A stretch of DNA of 64,000 nt, from assembly GCA_030324005.1 (NCBI GenBank), contig JARDVH010000154.1, positions 4,128,362 through 4,192,361 of the forward strand, written 5' to 3'. How positions within the stretch are numbered: the first letter of the stretch is position 1; the number at the start of each line of letters is the position of its first letter. The notes under the pieces were generated by a model. That model saw nothing but the letters and a program-made list of their open reading frames with translations. It had not been told where the DNA came from and ran no database searches. Origin of the DNA: Negaprion brevirostris. Its lineage: Eukaryota. Made by a program: the position numbers and the translations under genes. This document shows positions 1 to 12,629 of the stretch, piece after piece.

Positions 1-570
1 GGTGGGATGAGTTGGTCGATGAGTACGTGTAGTTATGGTAATTGTTAAGTGAATTTAGTGTGGAGAGAATGGTGCCATACTGAGGTACAGTATTCTGCAG
101 TTGAGTACGTGTTGCCAATGGATCAGCGTTCTTGTCGCGATAAGCCACTCATCCTTCAAGCAAACCATATTCAACAAGTCTACACTGGAAAAATCCCAGC
201 ATCATGGAATCCAGAAAACACCAGCAATGTGAAATCTCGCCGTTCCCATGCCGCTGGATCCGCACATTGCATTCTGCAACTCAGTGTTGAGGGATTATCT
301 ACAGTCAAGAGACACATTGTCAGACCAATAACACGACATCAATGTTAGGTACATACCAGAAACACGTGGCCCATTTGCTGAATCTGGAAGATTCAGGTTT
401 CGACTTGATGTGCCATTTTACATATCCTAAGCATGGTCGTGCCACACTTAACCAAGAAACCCAATTCATCATTCATGATCTGCAGTGTAACCAGAGACAA
501 GTTCCCCATTTCTCTATCCTTCTGGATTTGGAAAAATTGGTGAGTGGACAGACGTAATTGCAATTGCATT
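1..570 (-). mobile_element. decayed LINE ORF2 fragment (I/Ingi/Vingi-like)
   Basis: Minus strand encodes YSTAEYCTSVWHHSLHTK, resembling the YSTAEYCAPVW motif downstream of RT in these clades; contains stops and frameshifts. Confidence 0.45.
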
Positions 571-2623
571 TATTTGGGATCTTCAGCCTAAGAAAACGGC
601 AGAAGTTACTTTACAGGGGCGTTAACACATTCATTTCTGTGTATGTCTGAAGCACAATTTGACATCAAGCTGCATAGGGAGAAGTTCGGGCATGCGTCTA
701 AAAGAGGACAAAAGGGGAGGTTTTAGGGAAAACCTCAAAGGAGTGGAGAGGCATGAGGTTGGTTGTAGGGGGAAGGATTCTTCTCACTAAGGTCTAGACA
801 ACTGATCGTTTGATCGCCATTCGTGCAGTGCTGAAAGTACAGAGACAGAGAAACAGCTGCTCAGCACCATATTAGGACATACATAAACCCACGTAAGGGG
901 AATGATTAAGGCGTAACTGGAAATAAATGACAATGATTCAATGCCATGTANNNNNNNNNNAAAAGAATATGCTAATGTATCTTCACAGTTAATTACTTTA
1001 ATAAATTAGAATGCTGTCTATTTTGCCTAACGATGCACAAAGGTTTTCAGTTAGATAAAGTCAATATTGCCGTAAAATGAAGAAGCGCCTATTATATCAT
1101 GTTGTCAAAAGTTACCCTATTTCATGGCAGGCTCCGATCTGCTAATTTGTGTTATGACAATTTCGTAAAATATATCTACATATAAATGCGTCATATGAAA
1201 TGAATGTTAACAAGCTGAAAGATGATTTTGGACATTCTTTTAATATACGTGTAAATACCTTATTTTTATATATTGTAGCTAATTGTTATTGTTAAAATTA
1301 TTGCCATTCTTAGTTACATGTATCTAGATACACATTTTTGTTAACGATAAGTGACATCTTATGCAAAAGTGACACAATATTTTCTCAGAATGATTTCGCA
1401 TCTATCCTATCTTCACACGGGGCCAGACTCTCAAGTTATTAAAATGTTTATGATTTTTAATTTTTAAAATGTTTTAATGTTTTAAATGTTCTAATCATTT
1501 TGAAAGTAATAAGCAATCTTGTGAAACAATCGAAGAAAGTGAGTGGGCTGCAGATGATACTGCCGACTTCTGAGCTGCAACACAGATACAGTACATTATT
1601 CCACAACTAACTCAGGAATCATTATTCAAAATTGAAAGTACGAACGACAAATACTTATTTTCTTCATACTCCAAAATAAGTAAATAAAATATCATTATAA
1701 TAGCAATTTCGGACATTAACAGCGAAATCGGACATAAATCAAATCCCCCGAAACAGATCGGAATTGATACAATACATTTTCTACGAATGATTTGGGATAA
1801 GTTTACTTTGTCACATGTGTTGCTTCGGAACGCTGGCTGTAAGTATTTTGAGAAGTTATGCTCATAAAATATAATAGAATTAGCATGCTGCACTATTACG
1901 GCAAACTATTACTTGCACAAATTATAAAATAGTAAATTAATATAACATAATTAACCGTGAAAGTATTTATTTACTTCTTCATTTGATTTCTTTTGCTGAA
2001 AAATGGTGCAGATTCGAAAAATTTTTATATTTGCATTTGTAAATTTTGAGCGAGTAGTTATATCTATGACTTTATTTTTGCACTTTGATAAGCAGCTACA
2101 AACTGGGTACATTTTTGGTTTTTATGACACGATTATAGAATACAAATTACCATCGGTATAAAATGAAACTGCGTTACACTGAAAACTATGCTAAACAAGG
2201 CTTAGTTATAGTTAGAATAGATAACATACAATTCCAAACAAGCAGCCGCGCTCCGGAAGAGTCGTATTTACAGAAACTGTAGTGAGAATTGAATAGTCGT
2301 TCAACATCTTGATCATGTATAATCAGCTAGCTTACACTCCAGCATGAATGATAAATTATTCTCTATTTTGGTATACGTCAATTTCATGTTAAAACATTAG
2401 TTTTCAACGATAACTATTGAAGTCCATTAATAGCGCCATTAACTGCGATTGGATTAGCATCCATTCCAGAGAATACCCAAACATATTCAATGTCACTCGG
2501 AAANNNNNNNNNNNNNNNNNNNNNNNNNNNNNNNNNNNNNNNNNNNNNNNNNNNNNNNNNNNNNNNNNNNNNNNNNNNNNNNNNNNNNNNNNNNNNNNNN
2601 NNNNNNNNNNNNNNNNNNNNNNG

Positions 2624-2722
2624 CCCTTCTTCCTTCATTCCTTCCCTCCCTCATTCCTTCCTTTTCATCCTACCTCATTCCCTCTTTCCTTCCTGCCTCC
2701 CTTCCTTCTTCCTTTCCTTCTC
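2624..2722. repeat. (CCTT)n-like pyrimidine microsatellite next to a gap
   Basis: Imperfect CCTT/CCTC tandem array. Confidence 0.85.
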
Positions 2723-2782
2723 TTATGGTTCGTGCTTGGCAGCCTCTTGTATATCTGCAAAGCCTCAATGTATGTAGAGTGA

Positions 2783-3780
2783 CGTAGTGGTATTGACTTG
2801 TAATCCAGCGACAAAGGATAATGCTGAGGACCAGGGGTCACATCCCACCATGGAAGATAATGAAATTTCAATTCACGAAAAATCTGGAATTAAATGCCTA
2901 ATGATGACCATGGAACCACTGTCGATTGTCGGAAAAAGCCACTTGGTTCACGAATGTCCTTTAGGGGAGGAAATCTGCCGTCCTTACCTGGTCTGGCCTA
3001 CATGTGACTCCAGAGCCACAGCAATGTGCTTGACTCTCAAATGAATCTCACTGAATCCCCCCCGTCAACATCCTTGGGGTTACAATAGACCAGAATCTCA
3101 ACTAGATTCACCACATAAACACAGTGGCTGCAAGAATAGGTCAGAGGCTAGGAATAACTCACTTACTGGCTCCCAAAAGCCAACATTTACAAGGCACAAG
3201 TCAGGAGTGTGATGGAATACTCCCCACTTGCCTGGATGGGTGCAGCTCCAGCAATACTTAAGAAGCTTGACACTATCCAGGACAAAGCAGTCCGCTTGAT
3301 TAGCACCATATCAACAAACATTCCATCCCTCCACCACAGGCGTTCAGTAGCAACAGTGTGTACTATCTACAAGATGCACTGTAGCAATTCACGAAAGATC
3401 CTTAGACAGCACCTTCCAAACCCCAACCACTTCCATCTAGAAGGACAAGGGCAGCAGATAAATGGGAACACCACCACCTGCATGTTCCCCTCCAAGCCAC
3501 TCACCATTCTGACTTGGAAATATATCGCCGTTCCTTCGCTCGGTCAAAACTCTGGAAATCCCTCTCTAATGGCATTGTAGGTCAAATCACAGAATATGGA
3601 CTGCAACGATTCAAGAAGGCAGCTCACCATCACCTTGGCAAGGGCAACTAGGCATGGGCAATAAATGCTGACCAGCTAGCGATGCCTATGTCCCACGAAT
3701 GAATAAAAGGAATAAAAATGCCCCTGGGATGCGCAATTAATGCTGGCCCAGGATGCCCACATCCAATGAACAAACTAAAA
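2783..3780 (+). mobile_element. tRNA-type SINE (2783-3043 plus tail 3721-3780) split by a LINE insertion
   Basis: SINE body ends TGACTCTCAAATG and resumes CCCCTGGGATGCGCAATTAATGCTGGCCCAG; its tail resembles the inserted LINE's 3' tail. Confidence 0.6.
3044..3720 (+). mobile_element. 5'-truncated CR1-clade LINE, family A (YKAQVRSVMEYSPLAW type)
   Basis: ORF2 C-terminus (MEYSPLAWMGAAP..LKKLDTIQDKA) plus 3' tail GGGCAATAAATGCTG..GAATGAATAAAA; many copies in the window. Confidence 0.85.
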
Positions 3781-6049
3781 GAAGTTTTTTAACATATATT
3801 TCCCGAAATTATTCACAGTTTGACACATATTAAAGCATCTGGGTGGGTAAATAACACCAGGGAATGACAGCGCTAGTATACAAACCATGGGAATGAGACT
3901 GTTTAAGGATACGCGGTCATTTGATATTTGTTTAAGCTGCAGAATGCTTTATCTCGTAACTTTGTTAACTCGCCAATTAAAGAAATGCTTTACAATTAAA
4001 AGTAGATTGCTGAGAAAAAATCATGCTTTCCAGGTTTATTCTGCAAACAACTGGTTGTACGTTTCATTTCGATTTAGATATAACAACACAATTCAAATTC
4101 GTGTAAACATGCTGCTTAGATATTCCGAGCACGTCTCCTGGGGGAGGTGTTTTACACAAACACATGCAATATTTGGATAATTCTAAATTTTGAATTTAAG
4201 ACGTGCGTGAATATCTCTTTAAAACCGACAGGAAGTTTTTCCTTAATCCTGATAAATAGGGGAATGAATTCGGATGTCTACAGAATGGTTATAAATTNNN
4301 NNNNNNNCGGCCCATTGATTCCACCATGCTTTGGCTAAATGTAAATTGAACTACTTGTCTTCTCATTTTTTACAAGACGCTAATGGCGGAACAGCCATGA
4401 TCGACACGTGTTGCGTGTGATCTCTAACGTGCTGAGTAATTCATAATCAAGAAATTATTTTATGCTTGGTTTAAGGTTATAAATAGAAGCTTCTTTCTAC
4501 TTCGGGGATTGCATGTGGCTCACGTCAATGGGATGTGTTTTCTGCAGGACCTGAGACGCCACAATTCTATTCCCATATGTAGCTAATATCAACAACTCAA
4601 CTTTGATGTTTCCAAAAAGTAACTTGGATGGCATATCCGATTTAACAATGATTTTTCAAAATACTGTGCTGAATCTGTATCAATGTTTCGGTAAGATTTT
4701 ATTGTTACAATTGCTCTCATACCTTATATAGTGTTCATATATTTGAATCGTTCGTTGTGTTTAGATAACGCTTTTGGTGGTGCATAAATATTGATTTCTG
4801 TTGCCAATAACATCCGGTTGACGACACTTAAGTTATGATGCAATGTCCGGTCTGCATTATTTTAGTTTTCCGTTTGGATGTCAATTTATTTCATTGGTAA
4901 TTTCCTCCAATGTCTTGGAATTTCTCTTAATTTTTGTTTTGTGTTCTACCAATTTAAATATGCTATTCTGTACGTTTCTCAGACACTGACTGGAATGCAG
5001 CAACAAATCTCTCTCTCGCCTGCTTTACCCGATTTAGCAACCATCGGCATGTATGGCATGTAAAGCCGACAAAACATTCTAACAGAAGACTATGTTTAAT
5101 TTATAATTGGTAAATTCTTCCCCTGTTTTATAGAATCCTGAACCAACAATGTTAGTAAGCTTTTATACCAATCAAATATTGTCTCTGGGTGCTGCTGTAA
5201 AAAAATTTGAATCTTCGTGTCCATAAAATTCTATAATTAATCACGTTCTCTCACGGGGCTTATAGAGTTAGGAAGGCATGCAAAGTCTGCTTTATTTTTG
5301 CACATTTGAATCGCACTGGAACAATATCATACAAAGCAGAAAACTAATATTGACAATTAAAGCGTTCGCAAAAGGACATTATAATCATTGATTAATAAAA
5401 TAATCTGTTTGGACTCCCAGTGTCCCATGTTGCTTTAATTTCAATCAAACTCAATTAATCTTTTCTTATTCACATTATGTAGAATTATATAAATACATGA
5501 ACTGATATAACCATTTAAAACATTAATGTAGAATAAATGTAAAATACGATGTGTGTATGGAACAGTGTGCGTAAAATAATAGAAAAATACTGTTAAAAAG
5601 ATAGGCCGTAAACAGCAATATTCTGAGTCAATCAGGACCCAAATCATATTAAATCCTGCCTTGAGAATCAATGATAGTCCAACAGTCGTTAATTAATGAG
5701 TCGTTCACCTCGTTTTGAACAGAAAATATCAACAGCAGAATAAGAGGGGCTTTCTGTGGAAGAAAACGAATGCAACGCCAGACGAGACATTTCATTTCGT
5801 CCATTATCATGAACGCAGCGAGTCACTAATTAACGAATTGAGCAGATAATTAATGCATTGAGTTACTCAATCGGCACACCGAGAGTCGATCCATTTTAAA
5901 AAGTGTTCTCCAGATTTGTGGAATGCTTGGAAGAGTTCAGGCAACTCGTTAAAAACGCAATGTTCTGTTTTCACAGCTATGCAGATTTCTTTTGTTACTA
6001 AAGTTATAAAGAGTTGGAACCCATTTGCAAATGTTGTTCTTTGGCTGTA

Positions 6050-6380
6050 ATTTTGGCCAGTCGTAGCATTCTCATTCCTGAGTCAGGGAATCATGAACCG
6101 TCGCATCACTCCAGGAATTTAAGCATATTATCTAGACTGACACGTCCGTACAGTTCAAAAGAAAGCTGCAATATCCGAAGTGTAGGCTTTAGATGAGAAG
6201 CTGCCTGAGCTGTAATGCTAAATATTTCGTGGTTCTATTCAAAGAATAATAGGAAAATGCTCTCGGTGTCCAGAGCAACACAATTTATAATTGTGTGAAA
6301 CATAGTAATTTCACGTTTATTTCATAGATGGTAATGGGATTTTGGCCTGCACAAAATTGCTACAATGTTTGTCCACTTAA
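6050..6380 (+). mobile_element. decayed DeuSINE-like element
   Basis: Collinear with the better-preserved copy at 50930 (GACTGACAC..CAG, AGATGAGA, GAAGAA..AGG..GGTGTCC, GGGA.TT.G..TGCACAAA). Confidence 0.45.
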
Positions 6381-6775
6381 AGATATTGGCTATGCTTCAA
6401 ATGAATTCATTGTGAATTTCGCTGCAACGTCCCGCGGACTTGAATACCGCTTTATGAATCCAATTTTGTACAGATAATATTCCGCAGTCCAATTCTGAAG
6501 TTACTGAATTGAGATAAGATAACCCCTTTTTATGGAACACAGAAAACCGACTGTTGAATCCTTTTCTTAATGGGTACTTGCTAATTTCCAAATTCAAGAT
6601 AAACAATGACGATCAGTCAACACCACCAGAAAGAACTCAATAAAAATACACTTTGAGGTAACAAGCTCTGCACTATTCTCCATACTGTGTTTTATGCTAA
6701 AACAAATGCACTTATGTTGCAATCTATTGTTCCATTGATATTATTGATATATTATTCTTCTCACGCAGCAGTTAA

Positions 6776-7047
6776 GGACGGCACGGTGGCACAAAGATTA
6801 GCACTGCTGCCTCACAGCGCCAGGGAGCGGCTTCAATTCCCGACTTGAGTCATTGTCTGTGTGGAGTTTACACGTTCTCCCCGTGTCTGCGTGGGTTTTC
6901 TCCCACAGCCTGAAAGACATGCTGGTTAGGTAACTTGACCTGAACAGACGCCGGAGTGTGACAGTTAGGGGAATCCCACAGTAACTCATTGTATCGTTAA
7001 TGCAACCCTTACTTGTGACTAATAAATAAACTTTTAACTTTACTTTT
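6776..7047 (+). mobile_element. V-SINE/HE1-head SINE with alternative tail
   Basis: tRNA-like head GGCACGGTGGCACA..TTAGCACTGCTGCCTCACAGCGCCAGGGA, V core TCTCCCCGTGTCTGCGTGGGTT, tail CTTACTTGTGACTAATAAATAAACTTT. Confidence 0.85.
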
Positions 7048-7183
7048 TAAGACTGTCTAATACTCCTCCGACAATGAGAAGCGTGATGATTGTAAATAGC
7101 CGCTTTGGACCAATCCCTCAACTATCGATTCCAGATTAGTTTATTGTCATTAATATAAAATGAAGCGAGATAACAATGAATGT

Positions 7184-7452
7184 GGACGGTATGGAAGCTC
7201 AGTGGTTAGCACTGCTATCTCACAGCGCCAAGGACCCGGGTTCGATTCCAGCCTTGAGCGACCATGTGAACTTTGCACGTTCTCCCGGTGTTTGCGTGAC
7301 TTTCCTCCGGGTATTTCATAATCTAACAATGTGTAGGTTATGTGGATTCGTGGGTAAATACGTGGCGTTACGTCGATCGTTGTGGGTGTGCTTTGCCAGT
7401 GCAGGCTCGATGGGCTGAAAGTCTTCCTTCAGCACTGTAGGGATTCTATGAA
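7184..7452 (+). mobile_element. HE1-type V-SINE
   Basis: CAGTGGTTAGCACTGCT..GGACCCGGGTTCGATTCC (A/B boxes), V core, CR1-like tail CTCGATGGGCTGAA..CTGTAGGGATTCTATG. Confidence 0.85.
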
Positions 7453-7567
7453 TAAAGCTGACAACTGTAAATTCCACTAACTTGTACAGCAAAATGTTTG
7501 TATCAAACCACATAGAAAGCGGATATATATTAACTTGCTTTAAAAGCTAATGTTTCTGAATGGAAAT

Positions 7568-8683
7568 GTGTTAGGTATACATGGGGAGGTAGTAAATTGG
7601 ATTAGACACTGGCTCAATGGAAGAAGCCAGAGAGTCGTTGTAGAGGATTGTTTCTCTGAGTGGAGGCCTGTGACTAGTGGTGTGCCGCAGGGATCGGTGT
7701 TGGGTCCATTGCTCTTTTTCATCTATATCAATGATCTGGATGATAATGTGGTAAATTGGATCAGCAAATTTGCTGATGATACAAAGATTAGCGGTGTAGT
7801 GGACAGTGAGGAAGGTTTTCAAAGCTTGCAGAGGGATTTGGACCAACTAGAAAAATNNNNNNNNNNNNNNNNNNNNNNNNNNNNNNNNNNNNNNNNNNNN
7901 NNNNNNNNNNNNNNNNNNNNNNNNNNNNNNNNNNNNNNNNNNNNNNNNNNNNNNNNNNNNNNNNNNNNNNNNNNNNNNNNNNNNNNNNNNNNNNNNNNNN
8001 NNNNNNNNNNNNNNNNNNNNNNNNNNNNNNNNNNNNNNNNNNNNNNNNNNNNNNNNNNNNNNNNNNNNNNNNNNNNNNNNNNNNNNNNNNNNNNNNNNNN
8101 NNNNNNNNNNNNNNAGACATTGGTGAGGCTGAATTTAGAATATTGTGTGCAGTTTTGGTCACCTCATTACAGGAAGGATATTAATAAGGTTGAAAGATTA
8201 CAAAGAAGGTTTACAAGGATGTTGCTGGGACTTGAGAAGCTGAGTTACAGAGAAAGGTTGAATAGGTTAGGACTTTATCCACTGGAGTGTAGAAGAATGA
8301 GGGAAGATTTCACAGAGGTGTATAAAATGAGATGGGTTTTGATAGAATGAACGCAAGCAGGCTTTTTCCACTGAGGCTCGGGGAGAAAAAGACAAGAGGA
8401 CATGGGTTAAGGCTGAAGGGGGGAATGTTTAAAGGGAATATTAGGGGCTCGGGGGCTTCTTCACACAGAGAGTGGTGGGCGTGTGGAATGAGCTGCCGGA
8501 TAAAGTGGTAAATACGGGGTCACCTTTAACATTTAAGAAAAACTTGGGCAGGTTCATGGATGAGAAGGGGGTGTGGAGGGATATGGTCCAAGTGCAGGCC
8601 AGTGGGACTAGGCAAAAAGTGGTTCGGCACAGACAAGAAGGGCCAAAAGACCTGTTTCTGAGCTCTAATTCTCTATGGTTCTA
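7568..8683 (+). mobile_element. CR1 (HER1-like) LINE 3' fragment with reverse transcriptase
   Basis: [29 protein letters not shown] and LEYCVQFWSPHY motifs; ends in a TTCTATGGTTCTA tail. Confidence 0.95.
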
Positions 8684-9054
8684 AGGTGTGGAGCACTCGT
8701 CTGCATCACGCTTCATCACTTGCAAATATCATCTACTTAACGAAGAGAGCTTTCATATTTGTTCCCAGAGTGATTTGGCTGTTTAGAGAATATCCTCATT
8801 GTATGATGACTGACAAAAAAGTTGCGTTTGGTGCGAAAGTTTGAAACGTTCGTGCAAACCTCCCACCGCCACGTGGTAAAAGCCAACCTTCCAAAGGAAT
8901 ATGGGTCGTGCCGTCGCGTAACCACTAAAAGTATTTGATCTTCGTCACGGCGGACTGTACGTTAACGTGATGCAACATTAAATAACCAATACTCTTATTT
9001 TCCTGGCAGACAGCGCATTTATAAATATTCTGGAATCCATAAATTCCTATACTA

Positions 9055-9180
9055 AAGTGAAACACTGCAGAGGCTGGAATCTGAAATAAAACCGAAATTG
9101 CTGGAGGGAATCGGCCGGGAGACAGAGTTTGTGGAGAGAGAAGCAGAGTTTGAGGTTGATGATCTTTCAACAGAATCTCT
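9055..9180. mobile_element. Penelope-like terminal repeat fragment
   Basis: GCTGGAATCTGAAATAAAACCGAAATTGCTGGA..TGTGGAGAGAGAAGCAGAG, shared with copies at 33680, 39790, 43095 and 51805. Confidence 0.55.
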
Positions 9181-9821
9181 GAGTGTTAAAGGCGAGTGGG
9201 GCCAATCAAGGTCACAGCATCTGCTCCGACGTCAGATGCGGGCCTGATTCTGGACCTACCCCCACAATAGAAGTATGAAGCACTTGCCAGCAACATAAAC
9301 CCGACAGAATGACTTCCTTCTTGGAAGATCTTTTAAACCAACCAACAAATACGATTGAAACCATATTACAGTTTCACCATTGTTGATTTCTTTAAGGTAT
9401 AAGATTCCCCAGCAGTGATTGCAGTCTTTGCTGGTCACAAGGAGTAAAAGGTGATATTAGTGTTAGAAATGTCTTTTTTCTCTAGTCTGCATTTATTCTT
9501 TCCTCGTTCTCTCTATTCTTTGTGTATTTTCTTTTCTCCTTGTCTGGCCATCTCCCCCGACATTTTCCTTCTCACCTCTTATTTTTTCGCTGTGTCTTTC
9601 TTTGCTATTAATCTCTGAACGTATTCCTTTCTAATGCCCTCCCCATCTCTTTGCGTTTTTCCTCCTACTTGCACTGTTTCGCATTCTTTCCTTCATTGTG
9701 TTCATTCTCGTTTTCCAAGGTAACAGGAAGCATGAATCATTTCTTTGCTGCTGTGTCTATGAAAAATAAACGTGTAATCTGTAAGAAGCACACGTCAGCT
9801 ATGACACATGTCGAGAAAGGT

Positions 9822-10092
9822 GATTTGATTTGATTTATGATTGTCACATGTATTAACATACAGTGAAAAGTATTGTTTCTTGCGCGGTATACAGACAAAG
9901 CATACCGTTCAGAGAGAAGGAAACGAGAGAGTGCAGAATGCACTGTTACAGTCATAGCTAGGATGTAGAGAAAGATTAAATTAATGCGAGATAGGTCCAT
10001 TCAAAAGTCTGACAGCAGCAAGGAAGAAGCTGTTGTTGAGTCGTTTGGTACGTGACCTCAGACTTCTGTATCCTTTCCCCGACGGAAGAAGG
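9822..10092 (-). mobile_element. LINE 3' end (Rex1/Babar-like) with (ATCAA)n tail
   Basis: Minus strand has AACAGCTTCTTCCTTGCTGCTGTCAGACTTTTGAA (SFF.AA.RLLN) and ends ..TAAATCAAATCAAATC. Confidence 0.65.
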
Positions 10093-10279
10093 TGTAGAAT
10101 AGTAACAGGACTAACCCTAATTGTCTATTGCTTTTCTTTGTGCAATCTTCATTTTAGCCTTTGCAATGTCATTCTATGTGATTCATCTCGTCATTTAATT
10201 TGTTTTGCCCCATTTTTGGCACTGTATCATGTGATATGTCACCCGATCAACATATTAATTGCGTTTTTGTAACGTATTT

Positions 10280-10530
10280 CTTCAAACAATGGGGAATTTA
10301 TCTAGCGCCTGTAACGTGGAAAAGGACTCCAAATGTGCTTCACAGAAGTATACTTTCAACGAAACAGATTCGGAACTAAAGAAGGAAAGAATAGGAGGAT
10401 ATTTAATAGCCTGGTTTTGTGTTGGGTGCTAAAGGAAGATGGACAATTGTATTTTTGGATATGTCTATGGGATAATTCTAAACCGTGGAGTTCTGGAGTC
10501 CTATCAATGTTGGGTGGAATATGCAGGAGA
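10280..10530 (-). mobile_element. decayed L2-like 3' fragment
   Basis: Reverse complement resembles the L2 3' end at 43510-43912. Confidence 0.4.
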
Positions 10531-10589
10531 GCAAAGTTTATTAAAACAAAACATAGAGTTTGTGAACTGAGTACAGCGACTTAAGCACC

Positions 10590-11876
10590 AGAAACGACAA
10601 TAACAAACTTGACCCTGCAAAGCCTGGGCGCTTCGGGCAAAATTGGGCGAGGTGCCCCAGAGACTAGCCAGGCAACTGTCTGACCCAGCCATACTCAAGG
10701 AATCATATTTTAAGATAATATGCTGGAAGCCACCATCTTTGGTATGTACTGCCCCACCGGCAGGACAGACCCAGCAGGCGTGGCAGCGGCACAGTAGTAT
10801 ACAGCCGAGGGAGAGGTGCCCTCTGGGAGCCCTCAGCATCGACCCTGGACCCCATGAAACCTAGATGAAAAATAGGCAAGGAAACCTCCTTCTGATGACC
10901 ACGCACAGATGCACGGTCCCTCCCACCTCAGCTGATGAATTAGTACTCTTTCATGTTGAAAACCAATTGAGCGAAGCAACTGAAGATGACAAGGGCTCAG
11001 AACGTAGACTGGGTGGGGGCTTCAACAAATATCGCCAAGAGTGCCTCGGCTGCACCTGGGTCTACGGTAGATGGCGAGGGAACCAACAATAGGAAAAAGG
11101 TACTTGACTTCACCCTTACTAACCAACATGCCCCAGATGCAACTGTTCATGACAGTATAAGTAGGGGTGGCCACTGCACAGTCTTTGTGGAGACAGAGTC
11201 CCATCTTCACATTGAGGATATCCTCCATCGTGTTGAGTCACATTACCACAGTGCTAAATGGGATAGATTTTGAACACATCTAGCAACTCAAAAACTGGGC
11301 TTCCATGAGACGCTGTGGGTAATCAATAACTGCAGAATTGTGCTCACGCAGAATCTGTAACCTCATGGCCCTGCATATCCTGCACACTACCATTACCACC
11401 AAGCTAGGAGATCAATCCAGATTCATTGAGGAGTGCAGGAGGGCATTCCAGGGACAACATCAGGCATACCTAAAAATGATCTGTCACCTGGTGAAGCTAA
11501 AACACAGGGCTACTTGTACGCCAAACAACAAAAGCTCTGCAATCTCACCACATCCAGTAATGAATGCTGATGGACAATTAAACAACAAACCAAAGGTGGA
11601 GACACCACAAACATCCCCAACTTCAATGATGGGGAAGTTAAACTCTTCAGGGCAAAAGATAAGGCTGAAACACTTGCAATTGAATTTAATGAGAACTGCC
11701 GAGTGGATGACCCACCTTGACCTCCTCCAGAAGTCTGGAGTATCGCAAATGCTCGTCTCCAGCCAACTATATTCACTCAAGTAAGGGCTGAAGGCACTGG
11801 ATACTGCAAAGACTATGGGCCATAACAATATTCGACAATGGTACTATAGGCATGTACTTCACAGTTTATTATGCCC
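10590..11876 (+). mobile_element. CR1-clade family A LINE, decayed endonuclease/linker region
   Basis: Remnants such as VLDFTLTN..DATVHDSI, HYHSAKWDRF and ALDTAK.MG..NI across frameshifts. Confidence 0.75.
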
Positions 11877-12468
11877 NNNNNNNNNNNNNNNNNNNNNNNN
11901 NNNNNNNNNNNNNNNNNNNNNNNNNNNNNNNNNNNNNNNNNNNNNNNNNNNNNNNNNNNNNNNNNNNNNNNNNNNNNNNNNNNNNNNNNNNNNNNNNNNN
12001 NNNNNNNNNNNNNNNNNNNNNNNNNNNNNNNNNNNNNNNNNNNNNNNNNNNNNNNNNNNNNNNNNNNNNNNNNNNNNNNNNNNNNNNNNNNNNNNNNNNN
12101 NNNNNNNNNNNNNNNNNNNNNNNNNNNNNNNNNNNNNNNNNNNNNNNNNNNNNNNNNNNNNNNNNNNNNNNNNNNNNNNNNNNNNNNNNNNNNNNNNNNN
12201 NNNNNNNNNNNNNNNNNNNNNNNNNNNNNNNNNNNNNNNNNNNNNNNNNNNNNNNNNNNNNNNNNNNNNNNNNNNNNNNNNNNNNNNNNNNNNNNNNNNN
12301 NNNNNNNNNNNNNNNNNNNNNNNNNNNNNNNNNNNNNNNNNNNNNNNNNNNNNNNNNNNNNNNNNNNNNNNNNNNNNNNNNNNNNNNNNNNNNNNNNNNN
12401 NNNNNNNNNNNNNNNNNNNNNNNNNNNNNNNNNNNNNNNNNNNNNNNNNNNNNNNNNNNNNNNNNNNN

Positions 12469-12625
12469 AAACACAGTAAGAAGTCTCACAACACCAGGTT
12501 AAAGTCCAACAGGTTTATTTAGTAGCAAAAGCCACTAGCTTTCGGGTTTCTGACCCTTCATCAGGTGAGCAGTGAGTTCTGATCACAATCAGGGGATATA
12601 AAGACACACGCTCAGTTTACAGTTT
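12469..12625 (-). mobile_element. Penelope-like/retrozyme-like repeat terminus carrying the hammerhead
   Basis: The terminus AGTAAGAAGTCTCACAACACCAGGTTAAAG recurs at 57831; hammerhead followed by AATAAA on the minus strand. Confidence 0.55.
12531..12570 (-). ncRNA. minimal type-I hammerhead ribozyme motif
   Basis: Minus strand GCTCAC-CTGATGA-A-GGGT(CAGAA)ACCC-GAA-AG/CT-A-GTGGC: full catalytic core, stem II, palindromic AGCT stem III, stem I and CUA cleavage triplet. Confidence 0.7.
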
Positions 12626-12629
12626 ACAG

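Noticed and set aside
7195-7255. tRNA-like sequence
   Set aside because: It is the tRNA-derived head of a SINE, not a tRNA gene.
7550-8350. 266-aa ORF with RT motifs as a host gene
   Set aside because: 5'-truncated CR1 retrotransposon fragment spanning a gap.
9345-9550. Minus-strand Hox11/12-like fragments (EKRK-YTK ... NQQ/VK/IWFQ)
   Set aside because: Needs several indels, spacing is ~43 nt too long, and the upstream part is purine-rich low-complexity DNA that yields K/R/E by chance. HoxB11/12 were lost too long ago for this to be convincing without a scored alignment.
11815-12522. Long ORFs of 200+ aa
   Set aside because: Made almost entirely of N-gap X residues; the same applies to ORFs at 2414, 13183, 44599 and 60572.
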